Source: Chiloscyllium plagiosum (lineage: Eukaryota). From it: a DNA stretch of 64,000 nucleotides. The position numbers and the translations under genes were made by a program. Shown here in pieces: positions 25,139-39,075 of the stretch. Where the stretch lies: the NCBI RefSeq assembly GCF_004010195.1, contig NC_057728.1, forward strand, positions 47,712,166-47,776,165, read 5' to 3'. Within the stretch, counting starts at the first letter, position 1, and each line of letters opens with the position of its first letter. Below the pieces are notes generated by a model. That model was not told the origin of the DNA. It ran no database searches and saw only the letters and a list, made by a program, of their open reading frames with translations.

Positions 25139-27543
25139 TTCAATTCATTTGTTAGAGTAAAAGCCTTAAAATGTGAGATCTTGCCATGCAATCCATTGCA
25201 TCAGTCATTTGTATTATTAAGAGTCATCAGTCTCTATGGGTTTTGAGGCAATAAGAATAATGAGAATCTTCATCAATAATATTTCATTAAAATTCATTGC
25301 CTGCAGATTGTAAAAGCTAAAGAATATGGAAACTTAATAGAGTTGTTACTGCAATGCAAACAGAGGAAAGGAATAAGCCATTAGCTTCTCAATGCTGTCT
25401 GTCATTCAGCTACATTATGGCTAGGTCTATCTCAATTCGATTTCCTCCAAATCCCTTGACATTCTTATATACCAAACATCTATCAATGTCAATGTTGAAC
25501 ATTTTAATTGACTGAGCACCTATAGCCTTTTAAAGGCAGAAATTCCAGATTGTCACCATCCTTTTTGTGAAATAATGATGTAACTCCTCACTGTTAGTTG
25601 AAGTTTCTGTTCCGTTGAGAATCTGTGTTGTAATGCCTATAATACCTTTCCTGACATGCAATGACCAAAACTGAAGGCAAGCACTCCAGAGAAGATCGAG
25701 TATCAGATCAAATTTATTCAATGGAGCAATTGGTTTTGTTTGTCATGTGATTCAAAAAGTAATGGTTTTAGCCACAGCCCTCAAATCAAAACCATGTTCT
25801 GGACTGTACTGCGATGCCCCATGCCTTACTGGCACATAAACACAGACAAGAGATGAGAGGGTTGCCTGCACTGTTAGAATTCAATGCCAGTTTGAGTCAT
25901 GTTCTTCAGGAGAGTTAACAACACAAACAATATTATGGGCATGATTTTGCAGATACTCCTCCAATATAAAGTTTTGTCTGACCATTATTCACCCAAGTCC
26001 CAACTATTGTTTAGCAAGATTCTTTGAATTGTGACATTATAAACCAGTTCTGGCATAAAATCCCACATCGACACATTCAGTGAACAAAGGTATTATTAAT
26101 AGTGCATCTTAAAATCCTGGGAACCATTACCTGAGAGTGCACATTCCATTGGTAGACCAGACTTCAGCTATGGTAGGTTTTAACTTCTAGAAATCACGGG
26201 AAAAATATTGGTTATATCTTTCATTGAGATGAAAGTTTCCCCTTTAAACATGGTTTAAAAGATCAAGAAACTGTTTAGTCAAAACAGTCATCAACGACCT
26301 CAGCTGCTACTGATTAAGAAAGTGACTTCAGGTGATTGGATCACCCCATTAGTTTTGTGATGCTAAACTTGTAAAGGAAAAACATTCCAGGGATTACTCA
26401 GATTCTTTCCAGTACACAAGAATGTGGTAATGATCTGTATTTAGATTTATTAAGTTTTTGTATGTATCAAACTGTACTCAAACATTGCATTCAGACATCC
26501 TTACTCAGAGATAGGCATGCAGATTTGGTTGCAAGTTATCAGACAGGATCTTCCAGGGATGTCTTCTCACTGCTGGGAAACATCCTAGCAGCAGGGATGT
26601 TGGAGACAGTTCTGGCACAGTATCCCCCATCCCCTCAGTCTTCTCACAGCCCCACATTTGTGGAGGAGAAGGGTGATTTCAGCCCATTGTTTCAGAATGA
26701 TATTACAAAGAAGTTAGATATGTCAAACTCAATTTTGATTATGTCACTTCCTGTTTAGCCATAATCAAAATTTTCAGTAACAGTACCTAGTTGTCTCTTG
26801 ACATTTTATACTTAAATTGTAAGGAATTTGACCTTTTTCAGTCATTCATGCAATGTGGGCACTGCTGGCTGGGCTAGCATTTATTGCTCATCCCTAATTG
26901 CCCTTGAATAGATGGTGGTGAGGTCCTTATTAAATTGCTGCTATCCATTTGGCTTAAGTAATGTTAGCGAGAGTGCCAGACTTTAACCCAGTGACACTGA
27001 AGAAATGGCAATATATTTCCAACTCAGAATGGTGAGTGGCTTGAAGGGGAGTTCTGATGGTGACATTCTCATGTATCTGCTGTTCTTGATCTTCTAGATA
27101 GTATTGGTCATGAAATTGGGAGATGCTGTCCAAACAATTGACCCCAATGTGTAACTGTCCCTCGTATTACTTGAGTAGTAACTTTGTACATGGTTAAATA
27201 AAAAGAGCCCGAAGTTAAATGGCAGCATCCAATATTATTTTAGTAGGCAATTGTTTGCAAGATCATAATATATTTCTGTGAATAATTTGAAACAGACTAA
27301 AAGTATTTTGATTTGTAATCAATGTTGGACAAAACCTCTGCATAGTACAATAGTTTTGGCATCCTAAAGTGAACTCAACCCACTGCTCTCATCTGTGCTG
27401 TTTAGATTGGCCACAGGACAGGTCAAATGATTTCTGCATTTCACGGTACACTTAGTGCCACTATTACTTATTTATTCGAAGATTGTACCATATCCATACA
27501 GAAATATCTTTACAGCAATGAGAACAAAAGCAACATTACTTAC

Positions 27544-27759
27544 AGAACTACCAAACTGGAAAGATTCTGAAATGCATAGTCTGGGATATGAGGAATTCTA
27601 TTCAGGGCCAAGGTCATGGCTTGTAGACAAGGTAAACTGCTCAGAGCTTTGACTGGGATATCTGTCAGGGCGTTGTCATCTAGCCAGAGATGTCTAAGTG
27701 AGACCAATCCTTTGAAGCAGTTTGATGGCACAACAGAGATATGGTTGGCATCCAGTCTC
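27544..27759 (-). CDS. LGR5: LGR5 exon 5 equivalent (216 bp, three LRRs)
   Basis: ttcctAG|G AGA CTG GAT GCC AAC...GTA GTT CT|GTaag. Translates [72 protein letters not shown]; overlaps track ORF 27540..27731. Confidence 0.96.
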
Positions 27760-29150
27760 CTAGGAAATAAAAAAAAAGAGTTGAGATTTATTTTTTAAGG
27801 GTTATGGAATTGTGTCAAATAAACTCTCGGGCATTTTGTCAATATTTTGTGAATGCACTATCAGATTTTAACAGAACATAACAACCTTTTCTTTGAACAG
27901 TTCTATTTTACCATTTATACAGTCTGCATGGTAATGGACACTGTTTACATAAACACTTTTAAAGTAATTTATAAGAGACTGTCAAACACAGATTGGGATA
28001 TAAACATCAACCCAAGCACAACCTTTATCAGAACATTCTTAATTTCAAATATATTACACTGAATTATTTTCTCGATGTGTGTATGACATACACTAAGCTG
28101 ACATTGTATAACATTCAATATTTATTGCATGCACTTTATTCCTTCCAGCAACACACAGATTAGCCTATGTATAGAGTCCAAAAATCTCTATGCTTAAATC
28201 GTAAAAAATTTTAATCATGTTGATTTTAATAATTCCACTAGTTATAAGCATCAGTTGGATTGTCTGTCCTTCGAATATCAATAAAATATCATACCCTGAT
28301 ATCTTGAAAAGGAAAGTTAACACTTGCAGGATAATTATGACAAATGTAATTCATGATTTGCAGGAAAACAGGTGCAAAAAAAATTGCTAATTGTTTTTGT
28401 TTTGCTTTTAGTTAGATTTAACATTCTCTTACTGTGATTTTATGAGCCATATGTGTCTTAGTGCTCATTACAAAATTAACATCAAGCTATCTCAGCCTTA
28501 AATAGTCTCAAAGGTGAAGGATTCTGAAGTAGAGAAGTAGGCAAGTCAACACAACCCTCTAAGAGAAGAAATACTCCTCATCTCAGTCCTAAATGGTCAA
28601 CCCCCTACCCCAAGACTAAGCCTACAGTTCTCAGTTTCCCAGCTAGGGGAAACAACCTCTCAGTCTCTACCCTGTCAATCCCCCTTCAACATAGGAAAAA
28701 CCCCTGTTCCCAAGAACCAATTTAGTGAACTTTCACTATACTGCCTCCAATGCAAGTATATCCTTCTTCAAGCATGGAGAACATTTAGAATTATATAGTT
28801 TTGTATGTTACATTAAAAGAGTGAGAATGATTGATTTTGTTCTCTTTTTGCAGATGTGAATTAGGAACAGAAGTAGGCCATTCGACCTAGAGTCTGCTCT
28901 GCTATTCAATAAAATCACAGCTGACCTGTTTGAATTTTGCAGTCCACAATCCCAATAACTTTGATAACCTTAGATGCCCTTGCCTTAATAGAATCTACCT
29001 AATTTTGCTTTAAAAAATATTCAATGAACTCTAGCTCCACTTTCTTCTAAGGTAGAGAGGTCAGATCTCCAGTATCTGCCGGTTTTTGATTTTATCTCAT
29101 TTACCTTTTCCTATTTAACTTGCTCTGCTACTTTTTAGTAACTTTAACAC

Positions 29151-29373
29151 TGAAATAACTCCACGGAAGCTGATATCCCATCATCAAGTCAATCTTCATT
29201 TACAACTCCACTGTACCTGGACTCTGACCAGCTACCAGAGAGCCAGTCCCTAGACTGAGGAGACTGTCTGATACTCCGGCTTATATCTGTCAGCCAGGGC
29301 TCCCTGATTGACTCAGATCAGGGATCTTGTACTCAACAAGATCCCCTTGACTAACGTCATTCCAATCACTATA
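29151..29373 (-). mobile_element. Solo LTR (223 bp) with 5-bp TSD
   Basis: Begins TG and ends TA (CA>TA decay inferred). AACAC flanks both sides (29146..29150, 29374..29378). Minus strand has a TATA-like GATATAAG and a degenerate polyA signal AATGAA in LTR order. Confidence 0.65.
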
Positions 29374-29910
29374 AACACATTCTAATTTTGTGCTAGTTCA
29401 GACACTGTGTCATTTGATTTAAGATGATTTGCTGAATTTATGCTTCTGTGTTAGGAATGCAAATTCAGAAATATTCCTGAAATTACGAACTCAAATTGGG
29501 AAAACGTGTCCTGGATGTTTTAATGTTTACTCCTGGGAGGCATGTTATTATTCAAAGGAGTTGGGTCCACTTCCCCTGGCAAGAATTCTCAAGAACTGCC
29601 AAAAGCACATTAAGGCTCTGTGAAAGACTCATCTTAATGATCCGGGTGTCACAGCTGTAAAAACTAACAATAAGGTAAACACTCTCTTGCTCTCACTCCT
29701 CAGACTCCTTAGACACTACACTAGCACCTAATGTGCCAACCAAACTTCCATAACCTCACTTAGCCTCCATGCCAACCTATACCCATATCTCATTGTCCTT
29801 TATAGTCCTTATGGCAACTTAGTGCCTTTACTCATATGTCCTCAATGCTAGATTACCCAGTATCCATCATAGGCAGATCTCATATGGAGATAAAACAAGA
29901 TAAAGTCCTG

Positions 29911-30295
29911 AGAGTCATAGCATTCATAGAGTCATATAGCATGGAAATAAGTCCAACTCATCCACGCTGACCAGGCATCCCAATCTAATCTACCGCCCAT
30001 CTGTCAGTATTTGGCTCATATCCCTCTAAATCCTTCCTAATCATACACTCATCCAGATTCCTTTTAAATGTTGTAATTGTATCAGCCTCCATCACTTCCT
30101 CTGGTAATTCTTCCATACATGTACCACCCACCCGCGTGAAAAGGTTACCCCTTAGGTCCTTTTTAAATCTTTCCCCTCTCAGCTTTAACCTATGCCCTGT
30201 ACGTTTGGATTCCACATCCCTAGGAAAAAGACCTTGGCTGTTCACCCTATCCGTGCACCTCATGGTTTTATAAACCTCTATAAAAGGTCACCCCT
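29911..30295 (-). mobile_element. CR1 LINE 3' fragment
   Basis: ORF 29985..30263 is a CR1 C-terminus; (AGAGTCAT)n tail on plus. Confidence 0.85.
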
Positions 30296-33200
30296 AAACA
30301 AATCAAAACGTGTAAATCCCATCAAGTGGTCAATCCCTCATTAAATTACCTCTTGAATTTAGAAACCCACATCAAACATCTGGAAAACTCATTCAAACTG
30401 TGAAATGACTGGACAACTCTCCCCCACCACCCCCGCCACCACCACCCCACCCCCCACCCAACCTCCAGAGTCTAGTGATAGTGGTAAGTTGTTATTCCTA
30501 CAATGTTAAAGCTGAATGAATGAAGTTCATGAATGTCAATATGGGTTAGATTTTAAGAAAAAAATTAAAGAGCTTGGGAATTTAAATGCCTCGGCAGCTT
30601 GATGGTTCCAATACAACCACTTCTTCCACACATTCATGTCTGCTTTAAACAATCTCAATGGGTGTTAGATGTTGAACAGAGGGTTTCCTGAACCAAAAGG
30701 CTCCCTTACTGCCTCCAAATGACTGTGGCAGCTCAAGATGGCTAAAGCCTGTAACTTTGAGAAAGAATTTTCTGATTAAAACATTTCAAAGGATTTTACT
30801 GCTGGCAAATTATACAATAAATCAAAATAAATTAAAAATGAAAATAGACAAGTATTTTTAAAACACCATTTGGCTCTGTCAGAAAGAATTTAACAAGCAC
30901 AAGTGCAAAATGATCTTCATCAAAAGCCATAAAATTTTACACATTCTCCTAATATGAATTGGATCTGGCTAAAAGCAGCTGGTCAAACTACAAAAGATGC
31001 CTGCTCCACCACTACCACCACCTTCCCCCGCACAAAAAAAAGTGAGTGTTGTATTCAGCAGCAGGACTTCATTATTGGGGCTTCGGCACCATTTTGGTTA
31101 CATCAAAGATCCTGTCCAGCCGTGCAAAATTTCAGGTTGATGAATACCTTTCTCAATTAGAAGATAAGAGTTCATCTGCATAGTTGGTTGAAGCCAATTA
31201 TTTCTAGTCTGTATTGTTCATCTGGCTTGACATTCACACATATGTGCGGTCTTCTGTGCACTGTTGGATGCGCAAAGTTGAGAGAGATTCAACCAACCAG
31301 TGTTATAAATAGTCTTCTCTTCCATTTTGCATTGCCACGCTGAGCTCAATTACATGACAGCACAGCCTGTCAGAGGGCACCGGACATCTAAGATTAATCT
31401 TAATGAGTGGCGCATCATGCAAATCTATAGCCACAGAGGTTCAATGGCAATGGGCAATGGCACTAGCCTGAGGCAAGAGAATGTCAAACATATGCCAGGA
31501 CACTGAGTTGCCCTAGAAACTTGAATTTGATACTGCCGTCTTTACCTGCTGTATGAAGGTTCGAGACAAGAAGATAGTCTTCACATATTTTGTGTTTGCA
31601 GAGGGATGTTGTGGTCAATTAAGTAACATGGTACACAGTTTACAGTGAGGATTTAATTCTTAAAATTGCTTTCTGGCTCCTAATTCAGAAGGGCTGATGC
31701 TGTTGTTGTTGTTCACAAGCTTCTATCTCATTGTACTTATCAAATAATCAGAAACCCAAATATCTGGCCTTGGAAAAGTAAAGGTCAACCTCTGAAATAA
31801 TCATTTATATCTATAAACAATTTATTTTTCTAATGTGCTCACTAATGCCTTTACAAGATAACATTTTCCTACTGTCAACAGTGGAGCTTTTGTGACCCTG
31901 GGAAGTATCTGAATCCATTATTGCAACAATGTCACATGGCATGTCAAAGGTCATTGTGACATGGCCTCCTTCTCAATGTGTTTTTCCTTTACTACTAGTT
32001 AGTAAGCTACTGAGTAATCATTTCAGTTTTTTTCCCCAAAAACAAATTCAACTGCATGCACAGCGAACAAATATTCACAGGCTTTCTAATCAGAGTTTGA
32101 TCAGTTTAATTGGGGTTGGAGAAAAACTAGAATTTCCATTATTCCAAAAATACAGTCACCAGAATATCCTAGAAAATGCAATAAATGGCAAAAAATAGGT
32201 TGTAAAGCTCTCTGTGGTACACAATGTGGTTACCAAATTATAGCAATTTGAACAGCATTTGTTAGAACACTAGGATGGAAATGGCTGGTGCCAAAATTAA
32301 GATAGATTTTTCACATTTCTGCAAAAGCTCTTCCTTTGCTGTAATAGTAGATAGGTTTTTTAAAATCTATTAAAACATCTGCAAAATTATATGCAGAGAA
32401 ACATCATATGAATATGTTAAGTATTCATCTGTGAATATAACCAGCAGTAGGCTATATTGAACTGCAAGAAACAGAACTGAACCTGTCCTTGTGTTTCTGA
32501 ATGACCTGAGGTTTTGTTCTCGGAACTTTATTTTTACATTCATTTGGGATAAGGATGTTGCTGGCTATAGCAACATTTATTGGTCATCCCTAATTAAATT
32601 AGATTCCCTACAGTCTCTACCTCAACAACCATACAATACTCCTGCTTTCCCTCCATACCTCTTGTTGCTTAAGGCCATAACCCTGAAAGGACGTTTACTG
32701 CTCTTCTTTGTAACACTAACATGAGAACTTTTAGATTCGGATTAGAAGTCAGACAGTGCCCTGCTTTAACATCTCATCCGGAAGATTAAATCTCCAATAA
32801 TGTGGCATTCACACAGCAGCATGCACCTCCATCACAGACAGCAGAAAGCCCATGACAGTGCATTTCAAAAAGTCAACTTGGTGGAAGACATCTGTGCACC
32901 AGTTTTATAATCCCACAGCATATGGAAATGGAAATGCAATTTCAGCTGCACTATTTAGTCTGATATATCAGGCCAGCTGCTCAGATGAGAAGGAGAGCTG
33001 AGACTAAGCTCTTTGCTTTGGGGGGTGGGGGGGAGTGGCTATAAAAGTACCAATGGGTGATTCAAAGAAACATCATGAATTCTCCCAGTGACCTAGCCAA
33101 ATCCTTCCCTGTGACACTTTCAAAGTAATCCAATCATGCAGTATTTTGCCACTTTTAACATACTTATGATTGTAAAATACTTTTGAATAGCTGAGGACAC

Positions 33201-34162
33201 ATTAAGACACTCTACAAGATCTCGTCATTTCAATGAACCAGCCTTTTCAAGGCTTGTTCACACCTGATCGTTGGAATAATTTTACATGAAATTATCATCT
33301 TTTATTTGAAAGTTGCAGTTAATGGAAGAGAAATGAATAGAAGAGGAACTTGGTTCCATTGCGGTTGACAAAACATTAAGAAGTAGGAATAATACAACTT
33401 TGACATGAGCTAGTTACCACAGAATTTGTTTTATTATAAGGGTGCTTCCCAAATGATAAGATATTTAGGAGTTTTCTCTTATTTTTTTTCTTTAACTCAA
33501 ATGATGCATTGACAAATTTCAGGCTTTTCTAAAAATAGTTTGAACAAATTGTGGTCACACACTTTGTGATGGCAGCTTGATCTAATTAATTATCACAGCT
33601 TTTATTGATGGGTACACTAGTGTAGTGGATACAGTGACCTCTCAATTCTTCCATCCATAGAATCTAGACTCCTTCGCATTCCTGCCTCCTTACATTCCAC
33701 TATTGGTGCTATAGCTTTTGGTTATCTTGCAGCTGCTGATTTCCCCTCCCTAAACTGCTCAAGCTTGCTACCTCTTCCCTGTCTTCAAAGACACCTTCAA
33801 AAAAGCCAAGAACTGACTAATTTTTCATGCACCTGTCTAACTCCCCTGTAATGCTTTGCCATTTTACATTTCTTCAACTCTGTACTAATTTATAACATCT
33901 TAGTTAAATACTCTATACATGTTGATGACTACATTTTAATGTGAGGTTAAAAACTGGGGTTTCTGAATGGGTGTTTTAAACTTAAATCATATGTAAAGAA
34001 AATTTTACAAAGCATGAAATAATGATTAAAGTTTTATTGTTTTTACTGTCCCTTCATATCCCTGAATTGTGTACTCACTGAGTTATTGTGGGCTGTGAGA
34101 TTTAATTTTCCTTTTGATGATAGCTGGTTCAAAATGGATAATGAAACTTCATCCTCTGTCAA

Positions 34163-34501
34163 GCACGGTGGCTCAGTGGTTAGCACTGCTGCCTCCCAGG
34201 GGTTTGATTCCAGCTTGGGCAACTGTCTGTGTGGAGTTTACACATTCTTCCCATGTCTGCATGCATTTCCTCCGGGTACTCCAGTTTCCTCCCACAGTCC
34301 AAAGATGTGCAGGATAAGTGGATTGACTATGTTAAATCTGTCCATAGTGTCCAGGGATGTGCAGACTGGATAGAATTAGCCATGTGAAATGTAGAATTAC
34401 AGAGTAGGGGATGTTTCTGGGTGGAATGCTCTTCAGTATATCAGTATGGACATACATGGGCTGAATGGCCTGCTTCCACACTTACAGATTCTAAGATTCT
34501 A
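34163..34501 (+). mobile_element. HE1-like V-SINE, full length
   Basis: tRNA-like head GGTGGCTCAGTGGTTAGCACTGCTGCCTC (A box), GGTTTGATTCC (B box), V-domain core and (GATTCTA)n tail. Confidence 0.85.
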
Positions 34502-34782
34502 ACGCTGCAGAATGTGACTGACAAATAACCTTAATGCTAGCTAACGAAGGTAAAGCAGTGTTATCGAAAAGTAACAAGTGATAATATCCATTTGAGAGGT
34601 ATATTGTATAGTAATTGCTTGAGGGTAAAGCATGTCTAGTGAAGGTTGTGGAGTTCTAACCAATATCCCCCTGCTCCCAGTCAATCAGCAATAGTGTTTG
34701 GGAAGCAACAACATTAGGCTGGGATCAATTGTAAAAGCCCAAAAGACATTATCTCCACTCTTTTGAGACCTGGGAAGGAATA

Positions 34783-35251
34783 TAGACAATAGACAATAGG
34801 TGCAGGAGTAGGCCATTCTGCCCTTCGAGCCTGCACCACCACTCATTATGATCATGGCTGATCATCCTCAATCAGTATCCTGTTCCTGCCTTATCTCCAT
34901 AACCCTTGATTCCACTATCCTTGAGAGCTCTATCCAACTCTTTCTTAAACGAATCCAGAGACTGGGTCTCCACTGCCTTCCGGGGCAGAGCATTCCACAC
35001 ACCCACCACTCTCTGGGTGAAGAAGTTTCTCCTCATCTCTGTCCTAAATGGTCTACCCCTTATTTTTAAGCTGTGTCCTCTGGTTCGGGACTCACCCATC
35101 AGCAGAAACATGTTTCCTGCCTCCAGAGTGTCCAATCCTTTAATAATCTTATACGTCTCAATCAGATCCCCTCTCAGTCTTCTAAACTCAAGGGTATACA
35201 AGCCCAGTCGCTCCAATCTTTCAACATAAGATAGTCCCACCATTCCAGGAA
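34783..35251 (-). mobile_element. CR1 LINE 3' fragment (same subfamily as 1..700)
   Basis: ORF 34872..35243 is nearly the same as ORF 150..605; (TAGACAA)n tail on plus. Confidence 0.9.
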
Positions 35252-35723
35252 TTTATCAGGTTTTCTCTACTCAAACCACACCCCTGCAGCCCCACTCCTT
35301 CACCACTACTCTCCCAATAGCTACTTGATGCTGAAGAATATTTTTTCAGGTCCACAGCAGTATCTGAGTCCTGTGTCAACTAACACTCTCACCCAACTGC
35401 CCTGATACTTTGGCTATATCTATTGCTTTCGAGAATGAACCTAGTATCCAATATGAAAATTTAGGTAAATGCGCGTTCCATGGCTTTCTGTCAAAAACAC
35501 ATTGTCAGGGTGGCAGAAGCTCCAAGGCTACCCCCATACATTCATTATTCAAGATATTCTTTAGCTGCATAATGGAATTGACATCTTGCATCAAAATTAG
35601 AGGGAAAATATAGCATGCAAATGGAAAGAGAAACCAAGCAAAAAATTGTGGTCTCAGCCCAACAGTGGACACAGCTGTACTTTAGAATTGCACTGTGTTG
35701 AGTTCCAAGCCCCATGAATGGAC

Positions 35724-35790
35724 TTAGATTAGATTAGATTACTTACAGTGTGGAAACAGGCCCTTCGGCCCAACAAGTCCACACCGACCT
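35724..35790 (-). mobile_element. V-SINE/LINE 3' tail fragment
   Basis: (TTAGA)n followed by CAGTGTGGAAACAGGCCCTTCGGCCCAACAAGTCCACACCGACC, matching the 3' ends at 40052 and ~850..905. Confidence 0.7.
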
Positions 35791-38069
35791 TCCCTGACTG
35801 TGGGATTTATTTTATTGGACAGTTTTATCAGAGATGAATAGGAACAAATTTTTTAGAGGTTTTGAATGACTGTTAGGTTTTTTTCCTCAGTTTTAAAGAG
35901 CACTTCACCAACTAATAGGTCTGTGGTAGGTTCAATGGCACTGACCAATACAGGTCAGCAAGGACATTCATGGCTGGGGTTGGCTTAGCTGACTGCTGAC
36001 CTCAGCCAAGAGAAGAACTAACCCCAGTGTCCCTGGTATATCAGACAAAATGAAAATCAGCTCAGATCCCTGGTCCCATTATCAAAAAGTAAATGTGATT
36101 GACATTAGGTAAGAGGGGGATTAGCTGGTCAAAACAGCATGTGCAATTCAATATCCATTAACACATAACGCATGATCACTTCGGACAAGTACCAAAGGAT
36201 GGTCTTTAATGGTCCCATCTTCACCGGAATGGAGACTATGCAATGGGTGATGGGGGTGGATGGTTTCTGAAGGGTGGGTTTGGGACCTGATTCTGCAAAT
36301 TCCATTTAATGCATGGTTCTGGGATATGGGGGCAAACCTGGTTCAGCAATCGTGCTCTTGTCCATTATCAGGTATTATAGATCTGCCAAAATTAATTTTC
36401 TTAATATTGTTTTAATTTGACAGGATTAATATTTTTCAAGTGAAGTCTGAGAGGCTTGTGTTTTATTGATAGTTTTATAAGCTTCCCAGAGGATTAATGT
36501 TTCTGAAGAGATTTTCCATTGGCTGCTTGTTTAATTGGACAGTTTTATGAGCACTTCTGTGATTTTCAGTGTTACTACAAGGTTACTAAATTCTGTCCAT
36601 CATAGATACCGGGTGAGTAAAACTGAAGGGTCATGGTGGGAGATTCTGGGCATTTGAAGAGGCAATAATGAGTGGTGGGTGAGTGTTGAGGACCAAGTTG
36701 CTAAACCCATTTGTAGAACTGGGCTTATTACCTAGTGAACAGAACCTTCTAACCTGTCAGCCTCTATATTTATCAGCTTCTGTTTCTCTTTGGCTTTGGA
36801 AGACAGCAGCCCTGATTCTAGCCCATCCATTACTCACAATGAAAAATAACACTGTTGGGCAAGAGGTGAGAATACACTTCAGAAAATGGCCCCATTTGCA
36901 AATCACACCTCAACGATGAAAATGAGGATCTAGATGTCTACTGCAGACATATTCAAACATTAATCAATGAAGCTGGATTACATAGCTGAAGTATCATAGA
37001 GTTATACAGCATGTATCCATGTTGACTATTTCCCAAACTAAACTGGTCCCACCCCTGCTTGCACTTGGCCCATATCCCTCCAAATCTTTCCTATTCATAA
37101 ACTTAGCCAAATGTCTTATAAACATTGTAACTATACCTGCATCTACCATGCAGAACTTTGTCAAAGGCTTTACTGACATCCAAGTAAACAACATCTATTG
37201 CTATCCCCTCATCAATATCTTAGTTACTTCATTAAAAAAAAACTTAATTAAGTTTATGAGACATGATTTTCCTCACACAAAACCACATTGACAATCCCTA
37301 ATTAATCCTTGCCTCCCCTAATGCATGCAAATCCTACTTTTTGCAATCATCTCCAACAACCTTATCCACCAGACTCATGGGTCTATAGTTTTCAGACTTC
37401 TCCTTATAGCTTTCTTAAACAATGGCACAACATCAGCCACCCTCCAATCCACCAGTACTTCACCCACATATATTGATACAAATATTTTTGCTAGAGACCC
37501 CTCAATTTCACTCTTAACTTCCCACAACATCCTAAGATAAACTTGGTCAGATCCTGGACATTTACTTACCTTTATGTTTTTGAAGACCTCCAGCACTTCC
37601 TCTTCTGTAATGTGAACTGTTTTCAAAACATTAATATTTATTTTTCTGAGTTCTCTACCCGCCATTTGTTTCTCAACAATAAAAACTGACGTGAAACATT
37701 CATTTAATATTTCTCCCATCTCCTGAGGTTCAACACAAAGATGATCTGATTGATCTTGAAGGGGTCCTGCTCTCTCTAGGTGCCTCCCCTGCTCTTAATG
37801 TAGTTACATAATCCTTTTGGATTATCTTTAACCTTATCTGCCAAGGCTATCTCATATCCCTTCTTTGCCTTACTGATTGCCTTCTTAAGAATGCCCCTAT
37901 ACTCTTTATACTCTTCAAGAGTGTCAGTTTAGTCATAGAGTCATAGAGTCCTACAGTACGGAGACAGGCCCTTCAGCCCAAACCGGTCCATGCCAACCAA
38001 AAGGTCCATACACGCTAAGCCCATTTCCCTGCACTTGCCCCAAATGCTTCTAAACCTTTTCTATCCATG

Positions 38070-38144
38070 ATTTGGTCACTCCGAAAGCTAGTGTGCTTCC
38101 AATTAAACCTGTTGGACTATAACCTGGTGTTGTGTGATTTTTAA
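38070..38144 (+). mobile_element. Penelope-type family B mini-insertion with 13-bp TSD
   Basis: CTCCGAAAGCTAGTGTGCTTCCAATTAAACCTGTTGGACTATAACCTGG. TTTTCTATCCATG at 38057..38069 and 38145..38157. Confidence 0.8.
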
Positions 38145-38374
38145 TTTTCTATCCATGTATTTGTCCAAATGCCTTTTAAATGTTATTAATGTACCTGCCT
38201 CAACCACTTCCATTCCAGACGTGTACCATGCACTGTGTAAAAACTTTGACCCTCAGGTTTCCATTTATTCTTTCCCCTCTAACCATAAACTGATGCCCTC
38301 TGGTTGTCGATTCCCCAAACCTGGGAAAAAGACTGAGTGCATTCACCCTATTCATGCCTCTCATGATCATATGC

Positions 38375-38394
38375 NNNNNNNNNNNNNNNNNNNN
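38375..38394. other. Assembly gap (20 N) followed by a C19 run
   Basis: Seen directly in the sequence. Confidence 0.99.
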
Positions 38395-39075
38395 CCCCCC
38401 CCCCCCCCCCCCCTCCCAGCAACCCTCAGTCTCCTACACTCTAAAGAAAAAAATTCCTAGCTCAGTCCTGGCAACATCCCTGTAAAGTCCTTCTGTGCTC
38501 TTTCCAGTTTAGTAACATCCATCCTATAGCACGGTGACCAAAACTGAACACAATACTCCAAGTGCAACCTCACCAACGTCTTATACAACTGCAACATAAC
38601 TTCCCAACTTCTATATTCAGTGCACTGACTGATGAAGGCCGGTGTGCCAAAAACCTTCTTCACTGCCCTGTCTATCTGCACTCCACTTTCAGAGAATTGT
38701 GCACCTGAACACCAAGGTCCCTCTGTTCCACTACACTCCTTAAGACCCTATCTGACACCATAAAGCTCCTATCTTGATTTGATTTTCCAAAATGCAACAC
38801 CTCACACCTATCTATATTAAACTCCATTTGCCATTCCTCAGTCCACTTCCCCAGCTGGTCAAGATCCTGCTGCAAGTTTTGATAACTTTCCTCACTTTCT
38901 GTGATACTGCCTATGTTAGTGTCATCTGCAAACTTACCAATCATGCTTTGTACATTCTCATCCAAATCAAGAGGGATATGTGCCAAGTGCTGGCAGATTG
39001 ATTTAAGATATCTGGTCAGCATGGACGAGTTGGACCGAAGGGTCCGTTTCCATACTGTACATCTCTATGACTCTA

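Noticed and set aside
34163..34230. tRNA-like sequences here and at ~40310, 49759 and 51771
   Set aside because: They are SINE heads with A/B boxes followed by SINE bodies; no complete cloverleaf.
38375..38413. Poly-C run as a G-quadruplex or polyproline-coding stretch
   Set aside because: It abuts an N gap inside a CR1 fragment and is probably a sequencing or assembly artefact.
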